Source of the DNA: Nitrospinales bacterium
Lineage (GTDB): Bacteria > Nitrospinota > Nitrospinia > Nitrospinales > VA-1
Length of the DNA stretch: 64,000 nt
NCBI GenBank assembly: GCA_965223345.1
Contig: CBDCWG010000012.1
Location: 32,001 to 96,000 of the forward strand
Direction: 5' to 3'
Part shown: positions 1-9,958 of the stretch, one piece after another
Layout of the letters: each line of letters starts with the position of its first letter
How positions within the stretch are numbered: position 1 is the first letter of the stretch
Program-made: the position numbers and the translations under genes
Notes under the pieces: model-generated
Database searches by the model: none
What the model was told of the DNA's origin: nothing
Seen by the model: the letters and a program-made list of their open reading frames with translations, nothing else

Positions 1-830
1 GGCCTCCGGACTCGCTCAAGCAGGGTGCGGACGCCTGGCGGCTGGAAATCAAGGGAAGAGTCGATAACCCGCTGGTACTGAGCTACAACGACATCCTCAA
101 ACGCCCCTCCGTGAAACGTATCATCACGCTGAACTGCATCGGCAACCCGGTCGGCGGTCAGGCGATCGGCAACGCGGAGTGGGAGGGGCTCGCTCTGCGC
201 GATCTCATCAAGGAAACGGACCCGCATTTTTTTTCCAGCACGCTGATCCTCAAAGCGGAAGACGGGTACTACGAAAGCATCCCGCTCAAAAAAGCCCGCC
301 ACCCCGGTGCAATCCTCGCGTACAACATGAACGGCGCACCGCTGACGTTGAACCACGGCTTCCCGCTGCGCCTGCTGGTGCCGGGGCTGTACGGGATCAA
401 GCAGATGAAATGGATCCGCGAGATCGAGGTCAGCAACAAACCGCACAAAGGCTACTGGCATAAAAAAGGCTGGTCGAAAAAAGCGCGCGTGAAAATTTAT
501 TCGCGTTTCGACGTCCCCGAAAATGAGACCACGCTGGGTTCGCGCAAAACGGTGCTGCACGGCATCGCGTTCGCGGGCGACCGCGGCATCCAGTACGTGC
601 AGGTCTCGATCGACGGCGAAAGAACCTGGTCGCTCGCCAAACTGCAAGCGCCGCTGTCGCTTTATTCCTGGGTGTTCTGGTCGCACGCGGTCACGTTTCC
701 GCGGCCGGGGACCTACCGGCTGGCGGTGCGGGCGGCGGACCTGTACAGCGGCCTGCAGCAGGACGATCTCCGCGACCCCTTCCCTTCCGGCACGTCCGGA
801 ATTCACCGCATCTCGGTGAACGTCCTCTGA
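1..830 (+). CDS. Sulfite oxidase-family molybdopterin oxidoreductase (5' partial)
   Basis: The frame is open from the window edge (AWRLEIKGRVDNPLVLSY). It has the Mo-ligand Cys motif LNCIGN, the GNAEWEG and HGFPLRLLVPGLYGIKQMKW motifs, and a C-terminal Moco dimerisation-like domain (VQVSIDGERTW). Confidence 0.85.
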   Translation, partial: PPDSLKQGADAWRLEIKGRVDNPLVLSYNDILKRPSVKRIITLNCIGNPVGGQAIGNAEWEGLALRDLIKETDPHFFSSTLILKAEDGYYESIPLKKARHPGAILAYNMNGAPLTLNHGFPLRLLVPGLYGIKQMKWIREIEVSNKPHKGYWHKKGWSKKARVKIYSRFDVPENETTLGSRKTVLHGIAFAGDRGIQYVQVSIDGERTWSLAKLQAPLSLYSWVFWSHAVTFPRPGTYRLAVRAADLYSGLQQDDLRDPFPSGTSGIHRISVNVL

Positions 831-879
831 TCCCGGCACACGGCCGGATTTGAGACCTCACATAGAGATGTCCCATGCT

Positions 880-936
880 GTCATGTGAGCCTGTCGAAGC
901 ATGATTGCGTCCCCCCTTCGACAAGCTCAGGGTGAC
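880..936. repeat. REP-like inverted repeat pair (TGAGCYTGTCGAAG type)
   Basis: tgagcctgtcgaag (886-899) and cttcgacaagctca (916-929) are 13/14 reverse-complementary. The pair lies between convergent genes and overlaps the pgl stop codon. Confidence 0.7.
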
Positions 937-1679
937 GAAGAATTCAGGCCGGTGGCGGCCGCTTGATCGAGAAACCACTCGAGGCGGCCGTCGTCGGGCC
1001 GCACGTTTGCGGCGGGATAGATGGACTGCCCCGGCGAGGCGTTGAGGATTTGCGCGACGATGCCGGCCTTGCGTTCGCCGGTGACGATGAAGCTCACGCG
1101 CTGGGCACGATCGAGCACGACGGCGGTGAGGGTGATGCGTTGCTGGCCGCTGTCGGGATGCCGCGCCACGGCGCAGACTCCGGAGGGTTCCACCTCGGGC
1201 TCGACGTTCGGGAACAGCGAAGCGGTGTGGCCGTCCTCGCCGAGGCCCAGCAGGATCCAGTCGAAGCGCGGCGTCTGTCCGTGCGGGGTTTGCAAGCTTT
1301 CCCGGATTTCGGCGGCGTAGCGGTGGGCTTCCTGTTGCGGCGCGTTCTCACCGCGGATGCGGTGCACGTTCGCCTGCGGAATGTCGATGTCTTTGAGCAG
1401 CGCCTGTTCGACCATGGCGAAATTGCTTTCGGCGTGGTCCGGGGAAACGCAGCGCTCGTCGCCCCAGTACAGGTGCACGCGGTGCCAGGGGATGGCGTCT
1501 TTGAAGGCGGGCTCGGCGAGGGTGCGGTAGACGAGCTTCGGCGTCGTGCCGCCGGCCAGCGCGATGTGAAACGGTCCGTCCCCTTGCGCCGCAGCTGCAC
1601 GCCAGGCTTCGGCGACGGCACGGGCGACCGATTGCGGGTCCGGGAAAACGCTCGTCGGCATTCGGCTCACAGCTCGCAC
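927..1679 (-). CDS. pgl: 6-phosphogluconolactonase
   Basis: Motifs ALAGGTTP, WGDERCV, SNF and LGLGEDGHTASLFP; directly downstream of zwf. The start may be the ATG at 1661. Confidence 0.93.
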   Translation of the reverse strand: MRAVSRMPTSVFPDPQSVARAVAEAWRAAAAQGDGPFHIALAGGTTPKLVYRTLAEPAFKDAIPWHRVHLYWGDERCVSPDHAESNFAMVEQALLKDIDIPQANVHRIRGENAPQQEAHRYAAEIRESLQTPHGQTPRFDWILLGLGEDGHTASLFPNVEPEVEPSGVCAVARHPDSGQQRITLTAVVLDRAQRVSFIVTGERKAGIVAQILNASPGQSIYPAANVRPDDGRLEWFLDQAAATGLNSSSP

Positions 1680-3205
1680 ACCGCGCCGTCATCGACGAGG
1701 TTTTTGCAGGGATAGCGCCACTCGATGCCGTGTTCGGCGAACAGGGCGCTGGCTTCGTGCGGTCCCCAGGTTCCGGCCGGGTAGCCGTACACTTTGAGAT
1801 CGGGAGAGGATTCCCAGGCTTTCAGGATCGGGTCGATGAAACGCCAGCAGGTTTCCACCGCGTCTTCGCGGGCGTACAGGGTCGCGTCGCCCAGCATGCA
1901 GTCCAGCAGCAGGCGTTCGTAGGCGGAGGCGACGCGGGTGTCCGACAGGTCGGAATAATGAAAATCCATGTTGACGTTCTGCACGCGGAACCCGGCGCCG
2001 GGCAGTTTGAGGGCGAATTTCAGCACGATGCCCTCGTTGGGCTGAATGCGCATGATCAACTGGTTGAGGCCCGCATGCTGGCGGCTCTCTTCCGCGAACA
2101 GAAAATGCGGCGTCGGTTTGAAATGGATCGTCACCTCGGTTACGCGCGTCGGCAAGCGCTTGCCCGCGCGGATGTAGAAAGGCACGCCGCCCCAGCGCCA
2201 GTTGTCCACGAACACCTTGAGCGCCGCGAAAGTCTCGGTGCGGGAGTCCGGCGCGATGCCTTCCTCCTCCCGGTAGGCCGGCAGGATCTTTCCGTCGATC
2301 ACCGAGGCGGTGTACTGACCGCGCACGACAAACTGGGCGACTTCATCCGGTGAGATTTTCCGCAGCGACTGCAGCACCTTGACGGTTTCATTGCGGACCG
2401 CCGTCGAATCGAGCGAGGACGGCGATTCCATGGCGACCACGCCCATCACCTGCAACAGATGGTTCTGCACCATGTCGCGCAGCGCGCCGGCGTTATCGTA
2501 GTACTGCCCCCGCCCTTCGACGCCGATGCCTTCGGCGGCGGTGATTTCCACGTGGTGGATGTAATTGCGGTTCCAGAGCGGTTCGAAAATTCCGTTCGCG
2601 AAGCGGAAAATCAGAATATTCTGCACGGTCTCCTTGCCGAGGTAGTGATCGATGCGGTAAATCTGATTTTCGCGGAACACTTCGCGCGTGGTTTTCATGA
2701 GCGCCAGCGCCGAATCCAGATCGTAGCCGAACGGTTTTTCGATGATCAGCCGCTTCCATTTTTGGGTCGCGGATTCCTCTTTTTCCAGTCCCTTGGCGCC
2801 CAGGTTCTTGATGATGGTCTCGTACGTGCTCGGGGGAACCGAAAGGTAATAGATGCAATTGCCGCCGATCTGGTATTTCGTGTCCAGGCTTTTCAGCTTG
2901 CTTTTCAACTCGCCGAAGTCCTTGACGCTGGTCGTGTCGATGGACAGGTAGTGAAACTTTTTGACGAAGGCCTTGAGTTCCTTTTCATCGACGGCGTCGC
3001 CCTCGAAAAACTCCTGCACGCTGTCGTTCATGCGGCTGCGGAACTTGGCTTCCGACAGTTTGGTGCGGCCGACGCCGAGCACCGCGAATTTTTCCGGCAG
3101 CAGGTTCTGCAAATGCAGGTCGAACAGGGAGGGAACCAGTTTGCGCTTGGTCAGGTCTCCGGAAGCGCCGAAAATGACGAGTGTGCAATTGTCCGGTTTG
3201 TCCAT
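1667..3205 (-). CDS. zwf: Glucose-6-phosphate 1-dehydrogenase
   Basis: Motifs GASGDL, EKPFG, RIDHYLGKE, RDMVQNH and NWRWGGVPFYIRAGK. Confidence 0.97.
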   Translation of the reverse strand: MDKPDNCTLVIFGASGDLTKRKLVPSLFDLHLQNLLPEKFAVLGVGRTKLSEAKFRSRMNDSVQEFFEGDAVDEKELKAFVKKFHYLSIDTTSVKDFGELKSKLKSLDTKYQIGGNCIYYLSVPPSTYETIIKNLGAKGLEKEESATQKWKRLIIEKPFGYDLDSALALMKTTREVFRENQIYRIDHYLGKETVQNILIFRFANGIFEPLWNRNYIHHVEITAAEGIGVEGRGQYYDNAGALRDMVQNHLLQVMGVVAMESPSSLDSTAVRNETVKVLQSLRKISPDEVAQFVVRGQYTASVIDGKILPAYREEEGIAPDSRTETFAALKVFVDNWRWGGVPFYIRAGKRLPTRVTEVTIHFKPTPHFLFAEESRQHAGLNQLIMRIQPNEGIVLKFALKLPGAGFRVQNVNMDFHYSDLSDTRVASAYERLLLDCMLGDATLYAREDAVETCWRFIDPILKAWESSPDLKVYGYPAGTWGPHEASALFAEHGIEWRYPCKNLVDDGAVCEL

Positions 3206-3206
3206 G

Positions 3207-4103
<897 letters not shown>

Positions 4104-4446
4104 CGTTGTCTCCTTCCTGCCGACGCTTCGGACATGGAACGGGGTTCGAAACGGCTGCGGTTCTGATCGTGGTCTCTGCGAGTGTTATTCGATTGGCAGA
4201 CGCTTTTCAAATTGCCAGTCACGGATTGTTTGATCGAGATCAACCCTTGAGGATGTGTTTTTGCCGGCGGACGTTTTCCCGTATCGCGGGTGAGGGGGGA
4301 TGCCTGTGGAAACAATCCGGGCCGGTTCTATTATACCTGTAACCGCGTTGTTTTTCAGAACCGTCTCGACCGGCGGAATGGCAGCCGACGCGCGCCAATT
4401 TTTTGTGGATTCCTGTTACAGGCCTTGCGGGATAAAGGCGGCGGCT

Positions 4447-5142
4447 TCAAACGTCCGCGGTGGAAGAGGCGGCTTTTTTGCCGCTGAACTTTTTGTAGAT
4501 GGTCGGGATCAGCGCAAACAGCCCGAGTAAGGTGAAGGCTCCCAGCACGCCCGGCGATGCGATGTCGGAAAGCGAGTTGATCGAAGCCAGGTTGCTGCCT
4601 GCATTGGCGTAGACGAAGCTTCCGGGCAGGATACCGAACATCGTGCCGAAAAAGTACACCGGCAGGTTGACGCGCGTCAGGCCGGATGCGAGGTTGACGA
4701 GAAAGAACGGGAACAAGGGGACCAGCCTCAGGAACAGCATGTAGTTGATGGCGTTTTTCGCGAATCCCTCGTTGAAGGGTTTGAGCCTGTCGCCGTATTT
4801 TTCCTCCACCCAGTCGCGCAGCACGAAGCGCGCCATCAGAAACGCCAGCGTCGCGCCGAGCGTCGCGCCGACGTTCACCGCCAGGGTCCCCGTCACCGCG
4901 CCGAAAATCGCGCCGCCCGCCAGGGTCATGATAGTGGCGCCCGGCAGGGAGAGCCCCGCCATGACGATGTAGATGACGATGAAGCCGCCGATCATGAGCG
5001 CTTTGTTCTTCTGGTAATACTGGTCCAGGCGGACTTTGTTTTCTTTCAGGCTCTCCAGGGTCAGGTAGCTGCCCAGATCGAAGTGAACGAACAAGCCGAT
5101 GACAACCGCAACCACGCCCAGCAGGATCCACTTTTTGTTCAT
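4447..5142 (-). CDS. TVP38/TMEM64 (DedA/VTT) family membrane protein
   Basis: Hydrophobic protein with LSLPGA, GATLGATLAF, FLRLVPLFPFFLVN and GILPGSFVY motifs. The start ATG at 5142 overlaps the upstream stop codon. Confidence 0.88.
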   Translation of the reverse strand: MNKKWILLGVVAVVIGLFVHFDLGSYLTLESLKENKVRLDQYYQKNKALMIGGFIVIYIVMAGLSLPGATIMTLAGGAIFGAVTGTLAVNVGATLGATLAFLMARFVLRDWVEEKYGDRLKPFNEGFAKNAINYMLFLRLVPLFPFFLVNLASGLTRVNLPVYFFGTMFGILPGSFVYANAGSNLASINSLSDIASPGVLGAFTLLGLFALIPTIYKKFSGKKAASSTADV

Positions 5143-6080
5143 TTGCCTTTCTCCGTGAATATTTCGGTGCCGGGGTGGAACGCGTACCACGCGAACCAGA
5201 AACCCACCACCGAAGGAAGCGGTTCTCCCTTTTCGTTCAGGATCTGCGCCGTTTTCGATGTTTTATCATAGATCACCCGCACGGCAACCCCGTCCAGATC
5301 GTCCTGCACCGTGCCTGTGGTTTTCGCCAGCTCGGAAAACGGGTAAGCCTTGACGGCGTCTCCCAGCCGGATGCCGATCACCTTTTCCTTGGGATGGTAG
5401 GCGCGGTTGACTTTCCGCACGCCAAACATCAGCCCCGCGCTTTTATAATAGCCCATGTAGGGATCGCGGTCGTAATCGCGCCGGTGCCCGGTGTCGCGCG
5501 AAAGCACGAGCGTGTCCGGATGCCGGTTGCGCCACTGCTTCCAGGTGGTGTGGGTGGACGACAGCAGCCGCAAACGGGTGCCGGTCAACTCTCCGGTCAC
5601 GGCTTCCTGTTTGATCTGCGACCACAGGCTCTCGGTCCTGTGGTCGTAGAGCAGCATGTCGCTCTGGTACAGCAGGCCGGACACCCCGAACGTCATCGGC
5701 TTGCCCGCGACCGTGCCGTCGAAAACCATACCGGTGCCGCACAAGGGACAGAACGTGACGACGACCGCCTGTTTGCCGATGCGGTCGTTCACGATTTCGT
5801 GCCAGTTCAGGATTTTGATCGGATAGGCTTTCGCGACGCCGTTGCGCACCACCCCCAGCACGCGGTCGGCATCCTTCAGCTCCCTGCCCGCTTCCTTTGC
5901 GGAGAGAAACTTCGGCTGCATGATGGCGGGGATGCCGTCTTTCTCCGGCCCGCCGCTCAGGATTTCATCCAGCGGGATGCTGTGCCTGGAAAAATCGAAT
6001 CCGGACAGCAGCAACAGGGCGGCGACGGCGAGCAGCGCCTGCGCCCGCCGCAGCTTCGAATGAAAGGGGTGCGCGTTCAT
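5139..6080 (-). CDS. DUF3179-family exported protein with CxxC
   Basis: Signal-like N-terminus; motifs GGPEKDGIPAI, AYP..ILNWHEIVND, TFCPLCGTG, FGVSGLLYQSD and FWFAWYAFHP. Confidence 0.82.
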   Translation of the reverse strand: MNAHPFHSKLRRAQALLAVAALLLLSGFDFSRHSIPLDEILSGGPEKDGIPAIMQPKFLSAKEAGRELKDADRVLGVVRNGVAKAYPIKILNWHEIVNDRIGKQAVVVTFCPLCGTGMVFDGTVAGKPMTFGVSGLLYQSDMLLYDHRTESLWSQIKQEAVTGELTGTRLRLLSSTHTTWKQWRNRHPDTLVLSRDTGHRRDYDRDPYMGYYKSAGLMFGVRKVNRAYHPKEKVIGIRLGDAVKAYPFSELAKTTGTVQDDLDGVAVRVIYDKTSKTAQILNEKGEPLPSVVGFWFAWYAFHPGTEIFTEKGK

Positions 6081-6123
6081 ATCGAAATGTGCCCTGGAGG
6101 GTTCGGTCCGAATAGAGGGGGCG

Positions 6124-6654
6124 TTAAAGTTCGGGCTGAACCCCCAGGGCATCTGCGAAACGGTTTATATTGCAAAACAGCGAGGCCACCAACGTCGCTT
6201 CCAGCACCTGCCGTTCGCTCCATCCGGCGGCTTTCAGCGCGTTCACGTCGGCATCGGTGACCTTGTGGGCGTGCCGGGTGGTTTTCCCGGCGAACGCGAG
6301 CAGGGCTTTTTCAGAATCGGAGATGGGTGCGGTCGTGAAATCCGCAACCACGGCGTCCGCGACCTCGGGAGCCAGGCCGAACGCCTTCATGCCGTTCTGA
6401 TGTTGGCCGACGCAGTAATCGCAAAAATTCACCCGGGACACGACGGCGGCGATCATCTCCTTCACCGCGCGGGTGAGCTGGCTGTCCTCGATCATGATCG
6501 TGTGGATGAGCGAGGCGTACGCTTGCAATGCCTCGGGCCAGGCGCTCAACACCTTGAAGACGTTGGGCACGATGCCGAACTGGCTTTGCAGTTCTTCATA
6601 GACGGTCTGCACCTGGCCCTTCGCCTGTTCCTCTGAAATGTGCTGGATACGCAT
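6124..6654 (-). CDS. AhpD/carboxymuconolactone decarboxylase-like peroxidase-related protein
   Basis: Motifs FGIVPN, KEMIAAVVSRVNFCDYCVGQH (CxxC..H) and NRFADALG; RBS AAGGAG. Confidence 0.85.
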   Translation of the reverse strand: MRIQHISEEQAKGQVQTVYEELQSQFGIVPNVFKVLSAWPEALQAYASLIHTIMIEDSQLTRAVKEMIAAVVSRVNFCDYCVGQHQNGMKAFGLAPEVADAVVADFTTAPISDSEKALLAFAGKTTRHAHKVTDADVNALKAAGWSERQVLEATLVASLFCNINRFADALGVQPEL

Positions 6655-6863
6655 GGCTCTCCTTGCCGGGGCATTCAGCGGGTTTCAACACGGGATCCAC
6701 CCGTGCGTGGACCCTGCCGTGCATCGCTTTGTGTTGAGTCGCACGGCCGGGCGGCATCCTTACAGGCAAATGCGCGCGGGCGCGGATTCCGCATTATTCA
6801 AGCAAAATCGTTGAAATTCAATGGATCGCGGAGAGGCAGGCGGCGGGGAGGGAATGCCGCCGT

Positions 6864-8156
6864 TCAGCAGTTCATCTGCTGGGAGAGACCGTTGAGTTTG
6901 CCTTCGAACACCGCATGCAGCTCGCTGCGGATTTTGCGGGAATCGTATTCCACCATGGAACCGCCGCTTTTCAGGAAGGCGAGCTGTTCGTTGACTTTCA
7001 GGCAGGCGGACCGGACCTCTCCCGTCTCCTGCTGCGCGGAGAGCAGCATGAGGTCGCAGAACTTGATGCCGGCCTCGACGGACTGGGTCAGCTGCGGGTT
7101 GATGGCAAACCCCTGGGTCCTGGTGAGGTGGTCGCAGACTTCCAGCACTTTCAAAAACTTTTTCCGGGCCTCGACGTAGTTGGAGTCGAGGATGAACTGC
7201 AGGGCCTGCATCATCGCCAGTTCCTTGTTGCCGACGAAATCCGGATACGGGGGATTTTTGAAATAGCGGTTTTCCATCTCGTCCATGTAGTGAATGGCCT
7301 TGGCCCGCGACGCGCTGACCGACAGGGGTTTTCCTTCGGGGATGTCCGCATTGTTGGGGTTGATCTGCTCGGCGATGTAAAACCAGGACAGGGTCTTGAG
7401 CGCCAGCGGCCGCGAGGGCGAGCCCTTGACGATGGCCTGCTCGATGTGGTCGAGCCCCACCTGGCGCAGGTCGCGTCCGCCCTGCATGATGAAATTGCTG
7501 AACCCGCCCAGCCGGCTGTTGCCGTAGCGGTACATGCCGAGGCCGAAATGCGCGTCGATGCGCTCGGAATCCAGCTCCAGCGCCTTTTCGAGATGGTTGT
7601 CGGCCTGGTAGCCGTTGATCAGCGCCTGCAGCAGGTGACCGGCTCCGTACTCGAAGATGGCGATGTACCCCTCTGCGCCGCCGAGGAACAGGTAGGCCTG
7701 CGATTTCTGCTCCCGGGTCGCTTCGGGCGAATCCAGGATTTCTTTCGCCAGTTGCTTGGCGCGCGTGCTGTAGTGCAGGAACCGGTCGGCGATTTCATCG
7801 ATCCGGTATTTGCTGGTGAACGCCAGCGTGTGGCAGACCTCTCCCAGCAAACCGGAGTAATAAAAATTGTACTTCATCAGTTCGACGAGGTTGTCCATCG
7901 ATCTGGGCTTCGCTTCCAGCTCGTCGATGCCTTTCTGAAACGCCGCGAACCATTTGTCGAACTTGTAATACAGAGAATCGACCAGGGCCTCGTTGATGAT
8001 TTCGTCGGTGGTTTTCTGTTCGAGATTCAGAGGAACCGCCGGGGCCTGCGGCTGGCTCGCCGCACCGGCGCCGAGAAGGAAGGTGAACAGCACGCAGCAC
8101 GCGAACGCTCGTTGCGCGCGGCGGCTCAATCCAGGGATTGTGTCTGACTCGGTCAT
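6864..8156 (-). CDS. Hypothetical exported alpha-helical (TPR-like) protein
   Basis: Long ORF with host-like codon usage, a signal-like hydrophobic segment and TPR-like helices (LEKALELDSERIDAHFGLGMY). The start is uncertain. Confidence 0.65.
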   Translation of the reverse strand: MTESDTIPGLSRRAQRAFACCVLFTFLLGAGAASQPQAPAVPLNLEQKTTDEIINEALVDSLYYKFDKWFAAFQKGIDELEAKPRSMDNLVELMKYNFYYSGLLGEVCHTLAFTSKYRIDEIADRFLHYSTRAKQLAKEILDSPEATREQKSQAYLFLGGAEGYIAIFEYGAGHLLQALINGYQADNHLEKALELDSERIDAHFGLGMYRYGNSRLGGFSNFIMQGGRDLRQVGLDHIEQAIVKGSPSRPLALKTLSWFYIAEQINPNNADIPEGKPLSVSASRAKAIHYMDEMENRYFKNPPYPDFVGNKELAMMQALQFILDSNYVEARKKFLKVLEVCDHLTRTQGFAINPQLTQSVEAGIKFCDLMLLSAQQETGEVRSACLKVNEQLAFLKSGGSMVEYDSRKIRSELHAVFEGKLNGLSQQMNC

Positions 8157-8298
8157 GGATGCAGTCGATTCCTTCCGGTGGGTTGGAGTTTGCCGCCGGG
8201 AAGCGGGCGTGCTTGCACGTTCTTCTATTCTCTCCCCTTCGCGCGCGGGTGACAAGCCCCTTTTGCGTATGCCTGCCGTTTGCGGGAGCGGCGGGGCC

Positions 8299-9876
8299 TC
8301 ACGCGGTCTGCGGCGCCAGCCCGGACAACAGCTTGCGGGTCGCCGCCAACTGCTGGTGGTCTTCCAGTTTGAGGAACAGCTTCTCGGCTTTTTTCAAATG
8401 ACCGAGGGCTTTGTCGGTGTCGCCGCGTTGTTCCAAGTACAGGCTGCCCAGCAAAAAATGCGCGTCGGCGAAATCCGGCTTGACCTGCGTCAACGCCTGA
8501 AACACTTCGCAGGCCTCGGCGTAATGGGCCAGATCGGTGAGGGCGAGGCCGAGGTAAAACTGCACGTGCGCGGCGTGCGGGTTGATGCGGACGGCGTGCT
8601 TCAGATAGTGCACCGCTTCCTCGCTCTGCCCGGTCACGCGATGCGCCACACCGAGGTAGTAGTAGACATTGGCCTCTTCGGGCGCGAGGGCCAACGCCTC
8701 GTTGAGCGTCTCGATGGCTTCGGCGAACTGCCGCAGCTTGATGTAGGAAGCGCCGAGGGCGATGTGGGCGTGGTGGTAGTCGGGCTTGATCTGCACCACC
8801 CGCCTGAGCGTCGAGACCGCCTTGGAGATGAGGCCGCCGCCGGTGTCTTCCAGGCTGCCGTAGGCGATTCCCAGGTTGTAGAGCGCGTCCACGAAATCCG
8901 GCCGGATGTGGGTCGCCATCTTGTACGCGTCGATGGCTCCCTGGCAACTGCCCAGCTGCTGCCAGCGCAGCCCTTCCTTGAGCCAGTCGTCGGCGGCGCG
9001 GCCGGGGTCGGCGACGGCTTCCGCAGGCCGGCACTGCTGGTGCACCAGCGTGGCGCGGTGCAGATCGCCCTGCGCCGAAAACAGCTGTTCCGCTCTCTCC
9101 AGATATTTCTGCGCCCGCTTCGGGTTTCGCAGCCGTTTGATGTGAATCGTTCCCAACTGGTGCACCGCTTCCGCGAAATCGGGCAGCAGGCGGGCGGCTT
9201 TTTTGAAGGCGTGCCGTGCGGGAATGTGCAGGCTGTATTCGAGGTAGGCCAGGCCCAGCCAGTAGGCGGTGTGCGCCGAGGCGCGAACCGGTTCCGTGGA
9301 GCCGTTATCCTGGGTGGCATTGTTGTTGCGCCCCACCCGTTCGTCCATGAAGTCCATCCAGAACTCGGCCACGGCGAAATCGGATACCAGCGGCACGACG
9401 CGCTTGCATTCGGCGAACGCTTTCTTCTCCTTGCCCTGCTGCCAGTACGCCCGCGCCAGATCCAGATACACCTGCGGGTAATCCGGTTTGAGTTTGCTGG
9501 CTTTTTTGTAGCAGTCGATTTCCTGCTTGATGCGGTTCTGGCGGCCGAAACAATGTCCCATCAGGTGGAGGGCCGGATACGCACCGGGGTTGTTGTCGAG
9601 CGCCGCCTCGAAACCCCGCAGCGCCTCCGCGTAGTTGCGGTTCAGGGTGTGCTCCATCGCCTGCTCGAACGCATCCAGCTCCTTCCAGGCGAACGGCAGC
9701 ACGCCGTGCAGGATCTGGGTGATCTTCACCGCGGACGAATCGGGCGCGTGCAGGGCGTCCACCTGCTTCATCATGTCCGGATTCTTCGCGCGCAGCGCGT
9801 CGCCCAGTTCGGACAGGGAAACGTAGCCCGAGCGGGTCGCGTCGCGTTTTCTTGTTTTGTGTGCTTTTTTCTTCAC
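8299..9876 (-). CDS. Tetratricopeptide repeat protein
   Basis: Many TPR units (PDFVDALYNLG, PDYHHAHIALG, PDFADAHFLLG). GTG 9876 was chosen as start because a TATAAT overlaps the TTG at 9906. Confidence 0.85.
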   Translation of the reverse strand: MKKKAHKTRKRDATRSGYVSLSELGDALRAKNPDMMKQVDALHAPDSSAVKITQILHGVLPFAWKELDAFEQAMEHTLNRNYAEALRGFEAALDNNPGAYPALHLMGHCFGRQNRIKQEIDCYKKASKLKPDYPQVYLDLARAYWQQGKEKKAFAECKRVVPLVSDFAVAEFWMDFMDERVGRNNNATQDNGSTEPVRASAHTAYWLGLAYLEYSLHIPARHAFKKAARLLPDFAEAVHQLGTIHIKRLRNPKRAQKYLERAEQLFSAQGDLHRATLVHQQCRPAEAVADPGRAADDWLKEGLRWQQLGSCQGAIDAYKMATHIRPDFVDALYNLGIAYGSLEDTGGGLISKAVSTLRRVVQIKPDYHHAHIALGASYIKLRQFAEAIETLNEALALAPEEANVYYYLGVAHRVTGQSEEAVHYLKHAVRINPHAAHVQFYLGLALTDLAHYAEACEVFQALTQVKPDFADAHFLLGSLYLEQRGDTDKALGHLKKAEKLFLKLEDHQQLAATRKLLSGLAPQTA

Positions 9877-9958
9877 GGCATCGCACTGTGTCGGTGATGC
9901 CTTCAATTATAGAGGTTTGGGCGCGGGATTGAAAGGGAGGAGCGGCGCGGTTTGGCGC

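Noticed and set aside
5139..6654. Selenocysteine recoding in the DUF3179 or AhpD-like genes
   Set aside because: Both CxxC motifs use Cys codons, and the ORFs are complete without TGA readthrough.
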